Assembly (NCBI GenBank): GCA_038087875.1 | Contig: CM075997.1 | Span: forward strand, 6,636,001-6,700,000 | Source: Malacoraja senta | Taxonomy: Eukaryota | DNA: 64,000 bases | Direction of reading: 5' to 3' | In this document: positions 59,551 to 64,000 of the stretch, piece after piece | Numbering within the stretch: position 1 is the first letter of the stretch | Layout of the letters: each line of letters begins with the position of its first letter | The notes under the pieces: generated by a model | What the model saw: the letters and a program-made list of their open reading frames with translations, nothing else | The model's database searches: none | What the model was told of the DNA's origin: nothing | Position numbers and translations under genes: made by a program

Positions 59551-62500
59551 CATTAGTGTGCAATGAATTTCTCTCCGCAGCGTAGGTTCGGTACATGTGG
59601 GCTTCATGTTGATTGTCACCTTCTTACAGGGAAATGTCAGGTCGTATTGCACAATATTTGACTTGCGTTCAACGGGACGATTTTTAAGATCAATATTATA
59701 TTTAACATGGACATTCCGCTTAAATGAAAATTAAGTGGTATTATGCGCAGCAAGTAGCCTCGTCAAATGAAACCGTAATCTTTAGCTTGGTAAACTAAGT
59801 TGAATGCTTGCCAGGAATGGGAGAGCTCAGGCTGCCGGCAAGCCTTTCGGAAAGTTTTAGTGGTGTAACCGTTAGTCGCCTGTCATGGTTTTCAATAAAC
59901 TAAATGTGTACTGTCTTCATTGACCCGTAATGTCATCAATATATCCTAATCAAAATTGCAATCGCCCGTGAAGAACAGAGGAGGCCCGTATCATAGAGGG
60001 ACCTGGAGTTTGCAGTCTGCGTGAAAGTGAATATATTCGACCACAGAAAATTGACCGTTCGGACCGATCTCTCAGGATCTGTTCGTTAATTGCTTTGAAA
60101 TTCTCACGTATGTCGTGCGGCATATCGTTTGAAATATTTCGCAGGTACTGATATTAATTCATTTTTGTCAGGTCGTTTTATCTCGTCGAAAGGTATGAAG
60201 TGAAACCCGAAAATTCCCCTTACGTTGCTTTAACTATGTTTTCACACCACAGCCCTGATGATATTTTTGCCTTCTTTATGTTAAGGTACCATCGAACCAT
60301 CAGACATGCAGTCTTTTCTGCCCACCTATTCAAAGCCGACGAAGATGTTTCTTTGATGTGGCTCATTTTAACTGTATGTGGTACATAAACTTCAAGTCTA
60401 TTCTTCCTGTCAATCTACGTCCAATTGTGTATTCAACATTGCCATCAGTACAGATTCCTCCTGCAGATCATTAAACGTACCCACCACGATCTGCGTGAAC
60501 GTTACCCTTGGGCCAAGATTAGATAATTCCCGTCTCATCCTCTGTCATTTTATTGTAGACTCCTTTAATCTTTAATTTATATGGCCCTCGCGACTTGATA
60601 AACCCCATAATCGCTGAAAGGAAAAAGGCGTCGTGGGAGATCCTGTATTACGTACTTGATCTGCAATTTTTTGAAGAATTAACCGAGACGGCTGACGTGT
60701 GCAATGACGTTGACATGGTCTATATGGACCTAACCAAGGCCGTTGATAAGGTTCTCGGACTGGAGACCTGTGACGACCAATGTGCCTCAGGGATTGGTGT
60801 TGTGCCGTTTGCTGTTTGTGGTTTATATCAACGGTTAAGATGCGAGGAGACAAGACATGGTTAGTAAGTTTGTAGATCGCATCATAGTAGGTGATATTGT
60901 GGACACCTGAAAAGATTGTCAAATATAGAAGAACAGCAGGAACCTCATCAACTAAGCAGCTAGGATGAGGATTGGCGGATGCAGTGTGATACAGATAAGT
61001 GTGAGGTTTTGCACTTTGGAAAGACCAACCAGGGCAATTTCTTCACAGTGAATGTGAAGAGTTGTTAAGCCGTGGAATCCAGAATTATTGGTGCGTATTC
61101 CATGAACGAGGCGTCATATGCAGATATGTTGGAAAATGAGGCCTTTTGTGCATTAGCCTTCATTTGTCAGGTTATTGAGTATAGAAAAAAAACAGTACAG
61201 TTTTTCATGGTTTTGTTGTGGCCGCATATTGATGATATTGTCCTGTTTTGGTCAGCCTGCTTAAGGAAGAATACCATTAAGTTGGAAACAATGCAGAGAG
61301 AATTTATAACGACGTTGCTGGGACGCAAGGGCCTGAGATATAGGGATACGATGTGGAAGCTAAGATGTTATTCCTTGTAACGCATGGAGGTTAGTGGTGA
61401 TATTATAGAACTTATAATCATGAGTGAAAAAAAGGGTCAATATACATCATTTTAGCCCGGGGTAGTGGAATCAAGAACTAGTAAACATAGGATTCAGGTG
61501 AGATAGTAAACATTTAATAGGAAATTTATAGGTTTTACTATAACTGATCTTCCAGCATATCATTCAAACATGTTGGTTTCCAGTGGATGAAAGGACTTGA
61601 CTATCTCAGTGGGTCAGTCGGCATCTCTGGAGGATATAGAGAGGCGACGATTCGGATCGGGACGCTTCTTCAGACTCCACCCACTCGTTCTTCAGAGGGA
61701 ACCTGCTTGAACAAGGGTCCCGCTCCAAAACGTCGCACAACCATGTCTTCCACAGACGGTGGCTGGGCGTTGAGTTACTCCAGCACGTTGTGTTCCACGC
61801 AAGATTCCAGCGTTTGAAGATCAGTGTGTCGACAATAAGAGGCCGAATCCGTAAACAATTCCCGCGAGCCTTCCACTAACACAACGCAACGTTACTTGTA
61901 AACACAGAATGAAACAATATTGAAACAGACCCTCGCAGATTTTTCTCTTCTCGCCTTAAATGTGTGTCTTTCACTTTTAGACTTCACGACACCTGAAAAA
62001 AGACAGTGAAGGCGCAACTTTCCAACGCACCTCGTGACTCCACGTACCTCTTTTAGCTCAACGCCCCAGCCTCCACCGCACCAGGAAAAATGCCGCAGCT
62101 TATCCGGCCGCTCTTATACTGAAGCCCTCCCGTCCCGGAACCGTCTGTCACAAGATACAAAGAACTTTAGGTGCTGGTTAAAAAACAGACACAACATGCT
62201 GGAGTAACGCAGTGGACAAGACAGCATCTCTGCAGTACGTGGATAGATAACGTTTCATGTCATGATCTTTGTTCAGACTGATTGTGGTGGGGTGGAGGAG
62301 AGGGAAAGGATATCGACGTGGGCAGGACAAAGACAGGTGAGTGATAGGCGGATACAATTAGGTTTGTTTTGAGAGACAGATTAATAAACAGCGGATAGGC
62401 ATTAAAAAAACAGCCGGTGTAATACAAAATGATTGAATAGTTATGAATTGCGAGGCGGGGCCAAGTCATCCACCAGGCCAGGCTCGAACTCGTCGGACCG

Positions 62501-63455
62501 AGGACTCGCTCAGCGAGGACGGAGGACCCACCCGGAAGGCTCGGCTTGCCCAACGTGGTCTGCGAACTCGGCCCCGAGCCACTGGCGACGAAGTGACCTG
62601 AGCCGCCGAGAGCGGGAAGACCACAAAATGTTGAGAGCGATGTGGGCCATCGGGGCGTGAGGAGGGCCGTGAGACCGTGAGGGAACAGTCGGAAAACAAC
62701 TGTGACATCGGAGAGCGCGAAGGGCTGTTGGAGAACGAGGGGTACCGTAGGAAAGCCGTCTGAGAGCGAGGAGGGCCGTCGGAGATCGAGGGGACCGCCG
62801 GAAGCGAGGATGGCCGTCGAGAGCGAGTAGCGGCGCCTATAGCGAAGGGAGAACCCGGCAGTGTGGGGGGGGGGATACAGTGTATGGGGGAATGCTGAAG
62901 GGGGGAGAGTGAGGGTGCGGGGAGGGGCGTGCAAATTAGGCTGTCTTTATTATATCTATCACCACACACATTATGCATGCTGCACATTCTTTATGTAGTC
63001 CATTCCAGATCTGCATCCCATCCCTGGACTGCTAGTATAGTTAAGATAACGCGTCACTGTCTCCCGGCAGACTTGATGCAGACCACGGGGATGAAAGCAT
63101 GTAATGTTCCCTCCGCTTGTACTGCAATAAAGACTATGAATTATTACCTCTGTGTATGGGTCTCATCATTCAACATGGTGTCAGAAAGTATGGAGCCCTG
63201 ACTCGCCTAGTTTGGTTCCAATTTGTTTTAGTTTTTTTTTTTAGTTTAGTTCGTTTTTCACTATGGCTGGTGCACTTCCTAAGCCTGAATCACGTGTATT
63301 TGATGGCGACCACGCTGTGCGCTAGCGCATCTTTGAAGAGGTCTTCACCGTGTATATCCGTAAGCACATCATGTTGCAACGCCAGATGTTACGTGATGCA
63401 GACTTCACTCTGGAAAGGGCTGAGTATCATTGTCGCGTTGCAGAGATGACAGACC

Positions 63456-64000
63456 CAATAGACAATAGACAATAGACAATAGACAATAGACAATAGACAA
63501 AAGACAATAGGTGCAGGAATAGGCCATTTGGCCCTTCGAGCCAGCACCGGCATTCAATATGATTATGGCTGATCATCCCAAATCAGCACCCCATTCCTGC
63601 CTTCTCCCCATATCCCCTGACTCCGCTATTCTTAAGGACCCTATCTAGCTCTCTCTTGAAAGCATCCAGAGAACCTGCCTCCACCGCCCTCTGAGGCAGA
63701 GAATTCCACAGACTCATCACTCTCTGTAAGAAAAAGTGTTTCCTCGTCTCCGTTCTAAATGGCTTACTCGTTATTCTTAAACTGTGGCCCCTGGTTCTGG
63801 GCTCCCCCAACATCGGGAACATGTTTCCTGCCTCCAGCGTGCCCAAACCCTTAACAATCTTATATGTTTCAATAAGATGCCCTCTCATCCTTCTAAACTC
63901 CAGAGTGTACAAGCTCAGCTGCTCCATTCTCTCAGCATATGACAGTCCCGCCATCCCGGGAATTAACCTTGTAAACCTACGCTGCGCTCCCTCAATGCCA
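63456..64000 (-). mobile_element. CR1 3' fragment with (CAATAGA)n tail (paralog of 39858-40400)
   Basis: ORF 63583-63954 is the CR1 ORF2 C-terminus. Confidence 0.92.

Overview
Eukaryotic, repeat-rich vertebrate DNA, most likely a cartilaginous fish such as a skate or ray (inferred from the repeat types and the receptor family). The host content is a minus-strand tandem cluster of two-exon class A GPCR genes of the GPR139/GPR142-like type. Copy 1 (3878-12988) is a pseudogene broken by nested insertions. Copy 2 (15677-17700) is frameshifted. Copy 3 (exon 1 59307-59376, exon 2 45004-45902) is an intact 322-aa frame. A fourth copy probably lies in the 200-N gap. The intron of copy 3 holds a complete, degraded class I endogenous retrovirus (46374-58900) with an L1 inserted in its 3' LTR. 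Its env appears to begin with a CD300/pIgR-type Ig V-set domain, the most novel-looking item here. Other elements: a DIRS1 retrotransposon with ITRs and ICR carrying a CR1 that carries a Harbinger, a hAT MITE, a full-length L1, a Penelope element with a hammerhead-like motif, a Gypsy remnant, many CR1 fragments, G-rich tracts and several segmental duplications. All alignments and counts were made by eye; no database searches were run.
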